Of a stretch of 39,849 nt of DNA, positions 23,762 to 33,490 are shown one piece after another. How positions within the stretch are numbered: position 1 is the first letter of the stretch; each line of letters opens with the position of its first letter. The notes below the pieces were generated by a model. The model did not search any database. It saw only the letters and a program-made list of their open reading frames with translations, and had not been told where the DNA came from. Source of the stretch: a virus; IMG/VR virus record IMGVR_UViG_3300027852_000090, positions 1 through 39,849 of that record; one strand, written 5' to 3'. Both the position numbers and the translations under genes were made by a program.

Positions 23762-26700
23762 ATGCTAAATAAATTTGCAAAATTAAAAGATAAAGAATAT
23801 ATCAAAAATATTAGAAAAATTGATAGTGTTCTTGTTGACGGAGATTTTGTAAAAAAATATACAGCAAAAACTAAACTTCTTAAAATATATAGTAAGAATA
23901 AAAGTATTGAGATTGAATTATTATCTCCTTATAACCAAAAACTTGGAGTAGGGAAAGAAACTTTGATTGCAGAATTAAAATTAAAAGATTGGAATAATAA
24001 AAATAATTTATTTGATGAATTAGAATTTTTTGATAGAGAAAATTTCAAGAAAAAAAACAAACGATTTATTTTTAAATATTGTGAAGAAAAAACTATTACA
24101 ATGAAACTACCAGCAGACTTTCCAACACAAGCAAAAGATAATAAAATGTTTGAAAAAGTTGTAGGGGATTGGGATAATGCTACTGAATTTACAAAATTAG
24201 ATGAATTACCTCATAAAAATATAAGAATAGGAATTTTTACAGAAACTATTTTAGGAGAAAAAATGGAATGGTTGCCGACTATTGATGGTTTTAATATACA
24301 TGAATGGGCGGCTTATGACATAACACAACTGAAGAGTTTAGAGCATGACACAGATCAAGGAAATTACAACTCGCTAGTAATGATAGACAGCACTCATTTT
24401 ATATTGGCTTATACAGGGAAAGACAATGACGGTTTTATTAAAACTTTTAGTATAGATGGAAGTTATGATATTACTGAAATAGATAGCTTGGAACACGATA
24501 CAAGTAATGCGAACGGTTACAACTCGCTAGTAATGATAAATACTACTCATTTTATTTTAGCACATAAAGGAAACGGCGATGACGGCTATATAAAAACATT
24601 CTCAATAGACGGAAGTTATGACAATATAACACAAATAGATAGCTTAGAACATGATACAATACTAAATAATTACAATTCTCTAGCAATGATAAATACTACT
24701 CATTTTATGTTAGCTTATTTTGGAAGTGGAGGAGATGGCTATATTAAAACTTTTAGTATAGATGGGAGCTATGATAACATAACACAAATAGATGTTTTAG
24801 AACATGACACAGTTCAAGGAGAACATAACTCTTTAGTAATAATAGATAGCACTCACGCTATATTGGCATATAGCGGAAGCGGTGCTGATGGTTTTATTAA
24901 AACATTTTCTATAGATGGGAGCTATGATAACATAACACAAATAGATAGCTTAGAACATGATACATTAAGCAATGTTTACAACTCGCTAGTAATGATAGAC
25001 AGCACTCATTTTATATTGGCATATACAGGGAGTAGCGATTACGGATATATTAAAACATTCAGTATAGATGGAAGTTATGATATTACTCAAGTTGATAGTT
25101 TAACTCACAACACTGCTTATACAGGTTATAATTCTTTAGTAAAAATAGATAGCACTCATTTTATGTTGGCATATAGCGGAAGCGGTGCTGATGGTTTTAT
25201 TAAAACATTTTCTATAGATGGGAGTTATAATAATATTACTGAAATAGATGTTTTAGAACATGACACAGTTGAAGGAGTTTACAATTCTTTAGTAATAATA
25301 GATAGCACTCACGCTATATTGGCTTATAGAGGAAGCGGTAGTGATGGATACATTAAAACTTTTAGTATTGAGCCATCAGTTTCAATTCCAACAGTTACTA
25401 CACAAGCAGCAACTTCTATTCAACAAACAACTTGCACAGGAAATGGAAATATAACAGCTACAGGTGGAGCAAATGCCACTCGCAGAGGTTTTTGTTATAT
25501 GACAGGAACTTCAGGAGATCCAACAACAGCAAATAGTGTAGCTTATGATGATGGAGATTATGGGACAGGAGCTTATACAAAAGGAATAACAGGACTAACT
25601 GCAGGAACTGGATATAGAGTTAGGGCTTATGCTGTTAATTCAGCTGGAACTGGATATGGAACAACTGTTCAGGTTACGACAGCTAATGCGTTTACAAAAA
25701 ATCTGTCAGAAACAATAAATTTAAATGATAATATAAGTAATGGAGTTGAAAAATTATTATCCGATAATCCGTCTTTATCCGATGCAATAAAAAATGCACC
25801 TGTAAAAATATTAAGTGATAATCCTGCAATAACTGATTCAATACAAAATAATTCAGCAAAATACTTAATAGATAATCCAAGTATATCAGATAACTTCAAT
25901 GCCTATTCAGTATATATTAGAAATTTAAGCGATAACATTTCCTTAGCAGACGCGCTAGTTAAAACAGTAAATATAAATATAGCAGAAATTTTAAATATAA
26001 CTGATGGCGGATTAATAATTTCTACCAAAAAAAATTTGGCTGATAATTTATCATTAGATGATTTGATTAGTCCATTATTAATATTGAATAAAATTATTCA
26101 GAATAATATAAATTTAGCGGATGATATTAAAAAAGATAATGCAAAAAATTTAACTGAAACAATAAACTTGTCAGATATCTTGTCAAGTATATCAACATAT
26201 TTAAAAAGCATAAGCAATATAATAACAATAGATGATTTATCTATTAAAACAATAAATAAAAATTTAATAAATTCAATTACACTCTCAGATCAATTAGGAG
26301 GAGATAAAACTAAATCTTTATTGGATAGTTTATCAATTAGCGATGAAAAAATAATCGGAATATATAAAAATTTAAGTGAAAATCCTACAATTAGTGATGA
26401 TATTAAAAAAACGATTGATAAAAATTTAAGCGAGAATTTAACTTTGTCAGATGATATTCAAGTAATAAAATCAATTTATCACGAAATAATTAATGTTGTA
26501 AGTATTAGCGATTTGTTGTATAATTCAATTAACAAGAATATAGCAGATGCATTATTAATTATTGATACTTTACAAAAGCAAACAGGAAAAAATCTTGAAG
26601 ATAATTTTTTAGTAATAGAAAGTGTAGATAAAAATATAGGCAAAAGGATAAGCGATACTACAGATTTATCAGACGACATAAAATTTGATACAAAAATATC

Positions 26701-26911
26701 AATACAAGACAGTATTTCAATCGCTGAAATTTTAGTGAAAGGATATGATAAAACATTAATTGAAGCACTATCAATAGCAGATAGTTTAGAAAAATCAATT
26801 GAACAAAGATTATATAAAAAAACAATTATATTGAATGATAGAAGAGATAAAATATTATTAATTTCTAATAATAGAAAAGATAAAATAATTTTAAATTCTA
26901 ATCCGCAATAA
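23762..26911 (+). CDS. Large modular repeat protein (1049 aa): 7 x ~50-aa repeats, an Fn3-like domain, and ~20 x ~17-aa repeats; candidate fiber or receptor-binding protein
   Basis: Single uninterrupted ORF. The repeat units were read directly from the translation (see the repeat features). The Fn3-like segment is TCTGNGNITATGGANATRRGFCYM...GITGLTAGTGYRVRAYAVNSAGTGYG. Confidence 0.8.
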   Translation: MLNKFAKLKDKEYIKNIRKIDSVLVDGDFVKKYTAKTKLLKIYSKNKSIEIELLSPYNQKLGVGKETLIAELKLKDWNNKNNLFDELEFFDRENFKKKNKRFIFKYCEEKTITMKLPADFPTQAKDNKMFEKVVGDWDNATEFTKLDELPHKNIRIGIFTETILGEKMEWLPTIDGFNIHEWAAYDITQLKSLEHDTDQGNYNSLVMIDSTHFILAYTGKDNDGFIKTFSIDGSYDITEIDSLEHDTSNANGYNSLVMINTTHFILAHKGNGDDGYIKTFSIDGSYDNITQIDSLEHDTILNNYNSLAMINTTHFMLAYFGSGGDGYIKTFSIDGSYDNITQIDVLEHDTVQGEHNSLVIIDSTHAILAYSGSGADGFIKTFSIDGSYDNITQIDSLEHDTLSNVYNSLVMIDSTHFILAYTGSSDYGYIKTFSIDGSYDITQVDSLTHNTAYTGYNSLVKIDSTHFMLAYSGSGADGFIKTFSIDGSYNNITEIDVLEHDTVEGVYNSLVIIDSTHAILAYRGSGSDGYIKTFSIEPSVSIPTVTTQAATSIQQTTCTGNGNITATGGANATRRGFCYMTGTSGDPTTANSVAYDDGDYGTGAYTKGITGLTAGTGYRVRAYAVNSAGTGYGTTVQVTTANAFTKNLSETINLNDNISNGVEKLLSDNPSLSDAIKNAPVKILSDNPAITDSIQNNSAKYLIDNPSISDNFNAYSVYIRNLSDNISLADALVKTVNINIAEILNITDGGLIISTKKNLADNLSLDDLISPLLILNKIIQNNINLADDIKKDNAKNLTETINLSDILSSISTYLKSISNIITIDDLSIKTINKNLINSITLSDQLGGDKTKSLLDSLSISDEKIIGIYKNLSENPTISDDIKKTIDKNLSENLTLSDDIQVIKSIYHEIINVVSISDLLYNSINKNIADALLIIDTLQKQTGKNLEDNFLVIESVDKNIGKRISDTTDLSDDIKFDTKISIQDSISIAEILVKGYDKTLIEALSIADSLEKSIEQRLYKKTIILNDRRDKILLISNNRKDKIILNSNPQ
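24317..25372 (+). repeat. Seven tandem ~150-bp intragenic repeats
   Basis: Consensus D(N)ITQIDSLEHDTxxxxYNSLVMIDSTHFILAYxGSGxDGYIKTFSIDGSY. Some copies share long identical DNA: gcatatagcggaagcggtgctgatggttttattaaaacattttctatagatggga occurs at about 24866 and again at about 25169. Confidence 0.9.
25700..26805 (+). repeat. About 20 degenerate tandem ~17-aa (~51-bp) repeats
   Basis: Recurrent K-N-L-S-E/D-N-x-x-L/I-S-D-x-I units, for example NLSETINLNDNI, LLSDNPSLSDAIK, ILSDNPAITDSIQ, NLSENPTISDDIKK, NLSENLTLSDDIQ. Confidence 0.8.
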
Positions 26912-26912
26912 T

Positions 26913-27878
26913 ATGTCTGTAATTTTAATAATACCAAATGACGATGTTAATAGAGGAGAAAAAACAAAAGTAGCAACAACACAAAGTGTCGTGAGTGATA
27001 CTCTTATTGTTGAAAATACAGAGGGATTATCTGTCGATGATTTTATTTGTATAGGTAGAGAGAATATGGAAACAGCGGAATTAATGCAGATTAAAAGTAT
27101 AGCTTCCGATCAAAAAACAATAACTCTAACAGTAGCGACTAAATTTATTCACAAACAATATGAGGAAGTGACTAAATTTTATTATAATCAAAGAAAAATA
27201 TATAGAAAATTATCTACTGAAAGCGCGTATACAATATTAGGAACTGAAACAATAGAAGTTGATAGACCTGATGGAACTTTATATCAAGACACATCAGGAG
27301 TAGCTACAGCATTATATAAAGCTACTTATTACAATAGCACCACAATAATAGAAACAAGCCTCACAGACGCTAAAGCAAGTTATGGGGGCGGTGGCACACA
27401 TTTTGCCGATTTAAGCGACATAAGGGAAGAAGCAGGCTTTGACAATAATGATGATATAACTGATCAGCGTTTATTTAGGCATAGAGAAAGAGCGGAGGGA
27501 GAAATTAGTGCAAGTCTCATTGCTAGATATTCAATGCCTATAACAGATAATTCATATTGGAGTAATAGTGCGGCACAAGAATTAATCAGACAAATAGTAA
27601 TGTTATTAGGTGCAGGATGGTTATTGTGGCAGGAATATCCTGATGAGAGAGGATCAGGAACAAGTAATGATGGACTTGCAAAAATAAAAGAAGCAAGAAG
27701 TATGCTAAAAGATATCAGAAATGGAAATTTGATGCTTTTAGGAAGCGATAATAATCCATTAAGTCAATTAGATACACAAAGCATAGAGGGATATCCTGAC
27801 AACAGTTTTTCTACAATACCTGACGAAAATCACGATGATGACGATAATTATATATTTCAATTAGGTAAAAGTTGGTAA
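26913..27878 (+). CDS. Putative head-tail connector/adaptor (Mu gp36/DUF1320-like C-terminal region)
   Basis: ITDQRLFRHRERAEGEISASLIARYSMPI resembles the DUF1320 signature. Located between the head and tail genes. Confidence 0.35.
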   Translation: MSVILIIPNDDVNRGEKTKVATTQSVVSDTLIVENTEGLSVDDFICIGRENMETAELMQIKSIASDQKTITLTVATKFIHKQYEEVTKFYYNQRKIYRKLSTESAYTILGTETIEVDRPDGTLYQDTSGVATALYKATYYNSTTIIETSLTDAKASYGGGGTHFADLSDIREEAGFDNNDDITDQRLFRHRERAEGEISASLIARYSMPITDNSYWSNSAAQELIRQIVMLLGAGWLLWQEYPDERGSGTSNDGLAKIKEARSMLKDIRNGNLMLLGSDNNPLSQLDTQSIEGYPDNSFSTIPDENHDDDDNYIFQLGKSW

Positions 27879-27882
27879 AAAT

Positions 27883-28302
27883 ATGAATTTAACATTTTCA
27901 ATTGAGGGAGAAGTCCAACTCGATAGAAGAATTAAAGGCCTGGCCAATGATATTAAGAATTGGAGCAAAACATTTAAAAGCACTGGAAATTATTTGAAGA
28001 AATTTTTTTCAACCGAAGTATTTCAAACAGAGGGTTCAATTATTGGCGAAAAATGGAAAACAGGAAAATATTATAATGGATTAGTTAGAACTGGAAAAAT
28101 GAGGGATAGTTTTACTAGAAAATTTGGCAAAGATTATGTATTGATAACTAACACCGCACCATATTTTAAATATCATCAAAGCAAACTTCCGAGAAAGAAA
28201 CTTCCAAGAAGAATAATGATGAAATTAGACGAAAAGAGAAGACAAAAAATAGTTAAATTATTTCAAGCAGAATTAATTAATAAAGCAAATAAAAAAATAT
28301 GA
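27883..28302 (+). CDS. Putative virion morphogenesis / tail completion protein (Mu gpG-like)
   Basis: GKMRDSFTRKFGKDYVLITNTAPYFKYHQ resembles the gpG-family pattern (...vgtn..YA..Hq.G); position supports it. Confidence 0.35.
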   Translation: MNLTFSIEGEVQLDRRIKGLANDIKNWSKTFKSTGNYLKKFFSTEVFQTEGSIIGEKWKTGKYYNGLVRTGKMRDSFTRKFGKDYVLITNTAPYFKYHQSKLPRKKLPRRIMMKLDEKRRQKIVKLFQAELINKANKKI

Positions 28303-28772
28303 ATCTTATAGCAGATGAAATTTTAAGAAGATTAAAACAATACGGAGATAAGCGAATTAAAAGATATTTTTATGGCGATCCCATTTTAATAAATACTTCT
28401 AGCTTACCAGCTGTAGTTATTGAAAATGCAAATCAAGAGATAACACAAAAAGCTACAGGACAGGATGAAATAACAAACACTTATAATATAAGAGTAATAA
28501 TGAATAAAAAAAGTGAAGTAGGAAAAAATCCTGAAGAAATGACAACTTCAAGGACAATGGCACAATTTATAGCAGGCAGGGATAGTAATGGCAATTATAA
28601 TGCAACATCAATAGTCGGAATATTAAGAACATATTTCACACTTGGAGATTTAATAAATGATCAACAAATCGCAATAGATTATTCAACAGGAGAAAGAGGC
28701 GACATAATAACAGCAGAGGCAGACATCGTTTTAAGTATTAAAGATAATATTAATTTAGCCAATAGGCAATAA
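28299..28772 (+). CDS. Putative head-tail joining / tail terminator protein
   Basis: Called from position only (ATGA-coupled, upstream of the major tail gene). Confidence 0.3.
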   Translation: MNLIADEILRRLKQYGDKRIKRYFYGDPILINTSSLPAVVIENANQEITQKATGQDEITNTYNIRVIMNKKSEVGKNPEEMTTSRTMAQFIAGRDSNGNYNATSIVGILRTYFTLGDLINDQQIAIDYSTGERGDIITAEADIVLSIKDNINLANRQ

Positions 28773-28787
28773 TAATTTAAAAAAAAT

Positions 28788-30017
28788 ATGACAGACTTTA
28801 CAAAAAAAGACCGATTAGCAAATATAGGATATTTAGCTATCGGCAAAGAAACAACAAAAGGCACACCAGTAACGCCGGATATCTTCATACCTTTGTATGA
28901 TGAGAGTTTAACAACAAATCCAAACTTGGACATGGATAATCCAATTATGGGTAATAGATTTGCTCGTTATTTTAATTTTCAAGGACAACGAGATCATCAA
29001 GGAGTATTAACAGTAATGGGCGAACCAAAAACACTTCCTCATTTCCTTAATATGATTTTGAAAAAAGGATCAACAAGCGGAAGCGGAGTTTATACACATC
29101 CATATACTCTTGATGATAGTAATCCAGTTGAAGCTTCTTATACAATAGAAATAGTTAAAGGTGGCGTAACATTTAGATATTACGGAGTAGAAATAAGTAA
29201 AATTAGTCCAATTTTTGAAAATAATACTTTAAGATTAAGTTTAAATGTATCAGCATTAGGACAATTTAGTATAGCACCAATTAGCTCAGCTTCAGGATCT
29301 GCGGCTGATAATATAACATTAGCCACTGATTATGATAGCGAGCCAAGTAAAGGCGTTGTAGTGGGCGATGTTTTAGTATTAACTAAAGTAACAAGCGGAA
29401 GCAGTGATACATATGAAGAAGTAACAGTGAGTGCCGTAAATGCAGACGGAACTAAAATAAGTGTAGGAACAATAACAGGAACATATACAAGTGGAGATTA
29501 TTTATATATTAAAAAACAATCAGCGAGTTATTCATTAGGAGAGCCATTAAAATGGTCTGGTGCTGAATTTAGATTCGGTGATACAGCTTTAGCTGCTTTA
29601 TCAGCAACACAAACAAGAGTAGAGTCTGGTAGCACTTTTAATTTATTGAATAATTTTGAAGATGACGCTGGAGCAAAAAGAAGTGGAGATTTAGATCCTG
29701 CAGCTTTAATAAGAACTACTGGAGATATTGAAATCACAGTCAAAAAAACATTTGAAGACTTTAAAGAATACGAAAGATTTATATCAATAAGAAAAAGAGC
29801 ATTAGTAATTAGATTATTTGGAGCAGTAATATCAGGAACGGATAAAAACGAATTAAGAATCACAATAAATAATCTTAAAATTAAAAATTCTCCAACACCA
29901 TTAAAAACAGGAGAAATCATATATTTAGAGCAAGAATATTCCGCACAATATGATTCAAGCGATGCACAAGGAATGGATGTCAAAGTAATTAATGATGATG
30001 ACGGAAGTAATTATTAA
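28788..30017 (+). CDS. Putative major tail (tube) protein, unusually large (409 aa)
   Basis: Lies immediately upstream of the chaperone/frameshift/tape-measure trio. No separate sheath and tube pair is present, so a non-contractile tail is inferred. Confidence 0.45.
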   Translation: MTDFTKKDRLANIGYLAIGKETTKGTPVTPDIFIPLYDESLTTNPNLDMDNPIMGNRFARYFNFQGQRDHQGVLTVMGEPKTLPHFLNMILKKGSTSGSGVYTHPYTLDDSNPVEASYTIEIVKGGVTFRYYGVEISKISPIFENNTLRLSLNVSALGQFSIAPISSASGSAADNITLATDYDSEPSKGVVVGDVLVLTKVTSGSSDTYEEVTVSAVNADGTKISVGTITGTYTSGDYLYIKKQSASYSLGEPLKWSGAEFRFGDTALAALSATQTRVESGSTFNLLNNFEDDAGAKRSGDLDPAALIRTTGDIEITVKKTFEDFKEYERFISIRKRALVIRLFGAVISGTDKNELRITINNLKIKNSPTPLKTGEIIYLEQEYSAQYDSSDAQGMDVKVINDDDGSNY

Positions 30018-30037
30018 TAATTAATTTAAATATTTAT

Positions 30038-30340
30038 ATGACTATATTAAAATGTGAAACAATAGAGATTGAATTGCCTTATAGCAAGGCAAAAATAAAA
30101 ATAAAAAAACGATTTACTTATGGTGCTATTTTAGATTTTAGAGAAAATACTGCCGAAGATAAGAAAGATAGCAACATAGAATTAGCGAGAACATTAATTT
30201 ATGATTGGAATTTTACTGACGAAGCAGGAAAGAAACTTCCAATAACAAAAGAAAATATTAAAAAACTTGATAACGAAGATGGTAATTTTTTGTTGGCAAA
30301 AGTTAATGAAACAATCACGGAAAAAAAAACTTCGAATTAG
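30038..30340 (+). CDS. Tail assembly chaperone (G-like, zero-frame product)
   Basis: 100-aa acidic ORF directly before the tape measure gene. It ends 9 nt after an A9 run. Confidence 0.65.
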   Translation: MTILKCETIEIELPYSKAKIKIKKRFTYGAILDFRENTAEDKKDSNIELARTLIYDWNFTDEAGKKLPITKENIKKLDNEDGNFLLAKVNETITEKKTSN

Positions 30341-30540
30341 ATATTTTCAATGCTGTAAGGGGGGATAATGAAAAAGAAGTACCAAGAGAATATATCATGT
30401 ATAGATTGAGCGAAAAATTTGGATGGACAGAAAAACAAATTTTAGAAACATCCTATGATTATATTCGTTCAATTCTTAAAATAATAAGAATAGAACATGA
30501 TTATAATAAATGGTTAAAGGAACAAAAAAATGGCATTTAA
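30038..30540 (+). CDS. Tail assembly chaperone, -1 frameshift fusion product (GT-like)
   Basis: A -1 slip in the A-run opens a frame reading ...KKNFELDIFNAVRGDNEKEVPREYIMYRLSEKFGWTEKQILETSYDYIRSILKIIRIEHDYNKWLKEQKNGI, ending at TAA 30538..30540. That stop overlaps the tape-measure start. Confidence 0.6.
30321..30329 (+). other. Slippery heptamer region (G GAA AAA AAA C) for a -1 programmed frameshift
   Basis: Nine consecutive A residues at 30321..30329 within the codons gaa-aaa-aaa-act. The -1 frame stays open for about 70 further codons. Confidence 0.6.
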
Positions 30541-32137
30541 TAACATAAAAGATTCAACATTGAATATAGTAATAAGAGCCAAGGATCATGCAAGTAGAAC
30601 CTTGAATGATTTTAATAAACAAGCAGGTAAATCTATTAGCGCAGGAAAAGCCACTGCAATGGCCGTACAAGGAATAGGAATAGCAGCAAGTGGATTAGTT
30701 GTTAAAATGGGAGTAGATGCCGTGCAGGGAGCTATACAATTTGAATCAAAGATGGCAGAGGTAAGAAAAACTACAGGATTTACAGCAGACGAAACTAAAA
30801 GAATGGGAAAAGAATTATTGGAAATGAGTAAATCATTACCTGTAGCAACTGATGATTTAGCAGATATTGCTGCGGTAGCTGGACAATTAGGAATAACAGG
30901 TTCAAAAAATATAACAGATTTTACGGAAGTTATAGCAAAGGCCACTGTAGCATTGCCAGAGTTTGCAGGTGGCGCTGAGGAAATAGCATTAGTATCAGCA
31001 AAAGCGACCAATGTTTTTAAATTAGAAATAGTAGAAGCAGAAAATTTGTTGTCAACATTTAATGAATTAGCTAATAATACAGCGGCTAATGCTTCTGAAA
31101 TAGCAAAGTTTGTTCAAAATGCTGGTGGCGCAGTCGCTCAAATGGGAATGACAGCTCATGCAGCTTCAGCATTAGGCGCAACATTGGTATCACTTGGCGA
31201 AGATGGGCAAGATGCAGGAACGAGAGTAAGATCAGCGACATTATTCATGATGAAGCATTTAAAAGATGCCGCGAAAGTAGCAGGAGTAACAACTGCTGAA
31301 TTCAAGAAAAAATTAGATGAGAATGCAATGGCAGCAATTCAAGATGTTATAAAAGGATTAGAAAAAATACCATCATCTACTGATAGAAGCGTAAAATCGG
31401 CACAAATATTTGGACAGATTGGTGGAAAAGTAATGAGTAAATTGACTGGTAATCTTGATATGCTTAATAAAAATCTTGATATGAGTGCTGAGGCTTGGGA
31501 ATTAAATATTTCATTACAGAAAGAATTTGATGTTGCATCAGAAACTACCGCAAAACAAATGCAATCATTTCGTAATAATGTAGATGTAATATTAATAACA
31601 CTCGGAGAAAAAGTTTTGCCAAAAATTAATGATGGACTTAAAGGAATGATTGAATTATTAAATGCAGTTAATGTAACAAAAATAAGTGATTCAATAGGAA
31701 AAATTGATGAATCTACAAAAAAATTAATTGAACTAAGAGAGGAAAGAAAAAAAGCAGGAAAAGATGTAGAAAATTTAAATAAACAAATTACAGAGGGCAT
31801 GGAAATGCAAAAAGAAATGAGCAAGGATTTAACAAAATCAAGTGCAATAAAAAATATAGATGATACATTAAAAACAGTAAATAAAATAAATCCGTTAACT
31901 TATTTAAATCCATTAAAATTATTTGGTTATGCTGATGGAGGAATAGTTCCCGGGCCAAAAGGCGATCCAACATTAGCGGTTGTACATGGAGGCGAAACAA
32001 TAACTCCACCTGATAAACAAGGAGGAAATACAGTTATATTTGATTTGCGTGGAGCTACAATGACAGATAAAGATTTAATAAATAGAGTAAAAGATAATTT
32101 AAATAAATCATTTAATATAGCAAAATTTGCTAACTAA
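30530..32137 (+). CDS. Tail tape measure protein
   Basis: 535 aa. AEVRKTTGFTADETKRMGKELLEMSKSLPVATDDLADIAAVAGQLGI matches the TP901-type tape-measure core; Ala-rich helical composition and the expected position. Confidence 0.8.
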   Translation: MAFNNIKDSTLNIVIRAKDHASRTLNDFNKQAGKSISAGKATAMAVQGIGIAASGLVVKMGVDAVQGAIQFESKMAEVRKTTGFTADETKRMGKELLEMSKSLPVATDDLADIAAVAGQLGITGSKNITDFTEVIAKATVALPEFAGGAEEIALVSAKATNVFKLEIVEAENLLSTFNELANNTAANASEIAKFVQNAGGAVAQMGMTAHAASALGATLVSLGEDGQDAGTRVRSATLFMMKHLKDAAKVAGVTTAEFKKKLDENAMAAIQDVIKGLEKIPSSTDRSVKSAQIFGQIGGKVMSKLTGNLDMLNKNLDMSAEAWELNISLQKEFDVASETTAKQMQSFRNNVDVILITLGEKVLPKINDGLKGMIELLNAVNVTKISDSIGKIDESTKKLIELREERKKAGKDVENLNKQITEGMEMQKEMSKDLTKSSAIKNIDDTLKTVNKINPLTYLNPLKLFGYADGGIVPGPKGDPTLAVVHGGETITPPDKQGGNTVIFDLRGATMTDKDLINRVKDNLNKSFNIAKFAN

Positions 32138-32138
32138 T

Positions 32139-33488
32139 ATGAGTAGTATAAAATATGATAGCGTGGAATTAGTGAATGCAACATATATTCCAAGATACGC
32201 TAAACACGAAACTGCACCTGAAAGAATAATTAATTCAATGAAACTGGCCAGACAAGATGGCGAGGTTATTATTGATGATACATTTGGAGTTAAGTATGTA
32301 GATATTCATGGAACACTTAAAGGATCAAGTCAAAGCGATTTAGAAAGTAAAATAGATGATTTTAAAGAATTAATAAATAGAAAAGATAAAAATTTGGATA
32401 TAGTATGGGCAGGTGGAACGAGAAGATATGTTTGTAGATCTATAAGCCATGATTTTAATCGTGATTTTTTTCATTTATTGCACTGTCCTTATAATATAAG
32501 ATTTTTAGTATTTGAGGGAATAGGAAAAGATATCACATCAACTACAGCATTAAATGATACAGGAATTACTGTTGCTTCAACTCAAAATGTTGTTAATTTT
32601 TCTGGAAGCTATAAATCAAAAGCAAAACATAAAATTACTATTACAACGAGAGGTAATGCTGATGTTTTAAAAATAGAAAATGAAGATAGTGATGAGTATA
32701 TGGAAGTCAATTTAGACGGATTTTCTAATGGAGATTATGTGGAAATAGATGAAGAAAATTTGACAGTTAAAAAAAATGGATCTACCGACATTGATTATTA
32801 TGGTAAATTTCCATCTGTTGAATTAGGAAATAATAATTTAAAACTAACTATTAGTGGCAATGGTTATACTTTAGATCAAAACTATGAGGATGGTATAATT
32901 TTGGGTAAAATTTATGATAATACTGGAACTAGTAAATTCCCAACAGATGCACAAAGTTTTATTCCAACCAAAAGCGGAAGAATAGGAAAAATTGCAACGC
33001 AAGTAGCAAAAGTTGATGGAGGAAGTTTAGCTGGTAATTTAGATTGGTATATACACCATGATGACAATAATAAACCTAGCACTGTTATTGTCGGAGGCTA
33101 TAGATACCAAATATTACAAGCAGATGTTCCTGCAAGTCCAAATGCTGCTTTTATTGATGCAGATTATACTGGTGCTCACGGAGATGCGCCATTTTTAGTA
33201 AAAGATACTAGATATTGGGTTAAATTACTTGAAACATCTATTAATACATCTGATGCAAGTAACTATTATAGCTGGGTATATGGCACTGCTTCTCCATATA
33301 CTGATGGGAAATCTATGGCGAGAGGTAACAGTAGCGAAAATTGGGAAGATGGTTCTTCTGAAGCTGATGAATCAAGTGGTATTTCACAAGGTAATTTTGA
33401 TAAAAATTTTAAAATATATATAGGCGATGGAAATTCTCCTAGTTGGTCTGTTATTTGGAATATTACTTATATCAAAAAATATTTATAA
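32139..33488 (+). CDS. Putative distal tail protein (Dit-like) with a C-terminal extension
   Basis: First gene after the tape measure. I prefer ATG 32139 (MSSIKYDS) to TTG 32127. Confidence 0.4.
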   Translation: MSSIKYDSVELVNATYIPRYAKHETAPERIINSMKLARQDGEVIIDDTFGVKYVDIHGTLKGSSQSDLESKIDDFKELINRKDKNLDIVWAGGTRRYVCRSISHDFNRDFFHLLHCPYNIRFLVFEGIGKDITSTTALNDTGITVASTQNVVNFSGSYKSKAKHKITITTRGNADVLKIENEDSDEYMEVNLDGFSNGDYVEIDEENLTVKKNGSTDIDYYGKFPSVELGNNNLKLTISGNGYTLDQNYEDGIILGKIYDNTGTSKFPTDAQSFIPTKSGRIGKIATQVAKVDGGSLAGNLDWYIHHDDNNKPSTVIVGGYRYQILQADVPASPNAAFIDADYTGAHGDAPFLVKDTRYWVKLLETSINTSDASNYYSWVYGTASPYTDGKSMARGNSSENWEDGSSEADESSGISQGNFDKNFKIYIGDGNSPSWSVIWNITYIKKYL

Positions 33489-33490
33489 TT

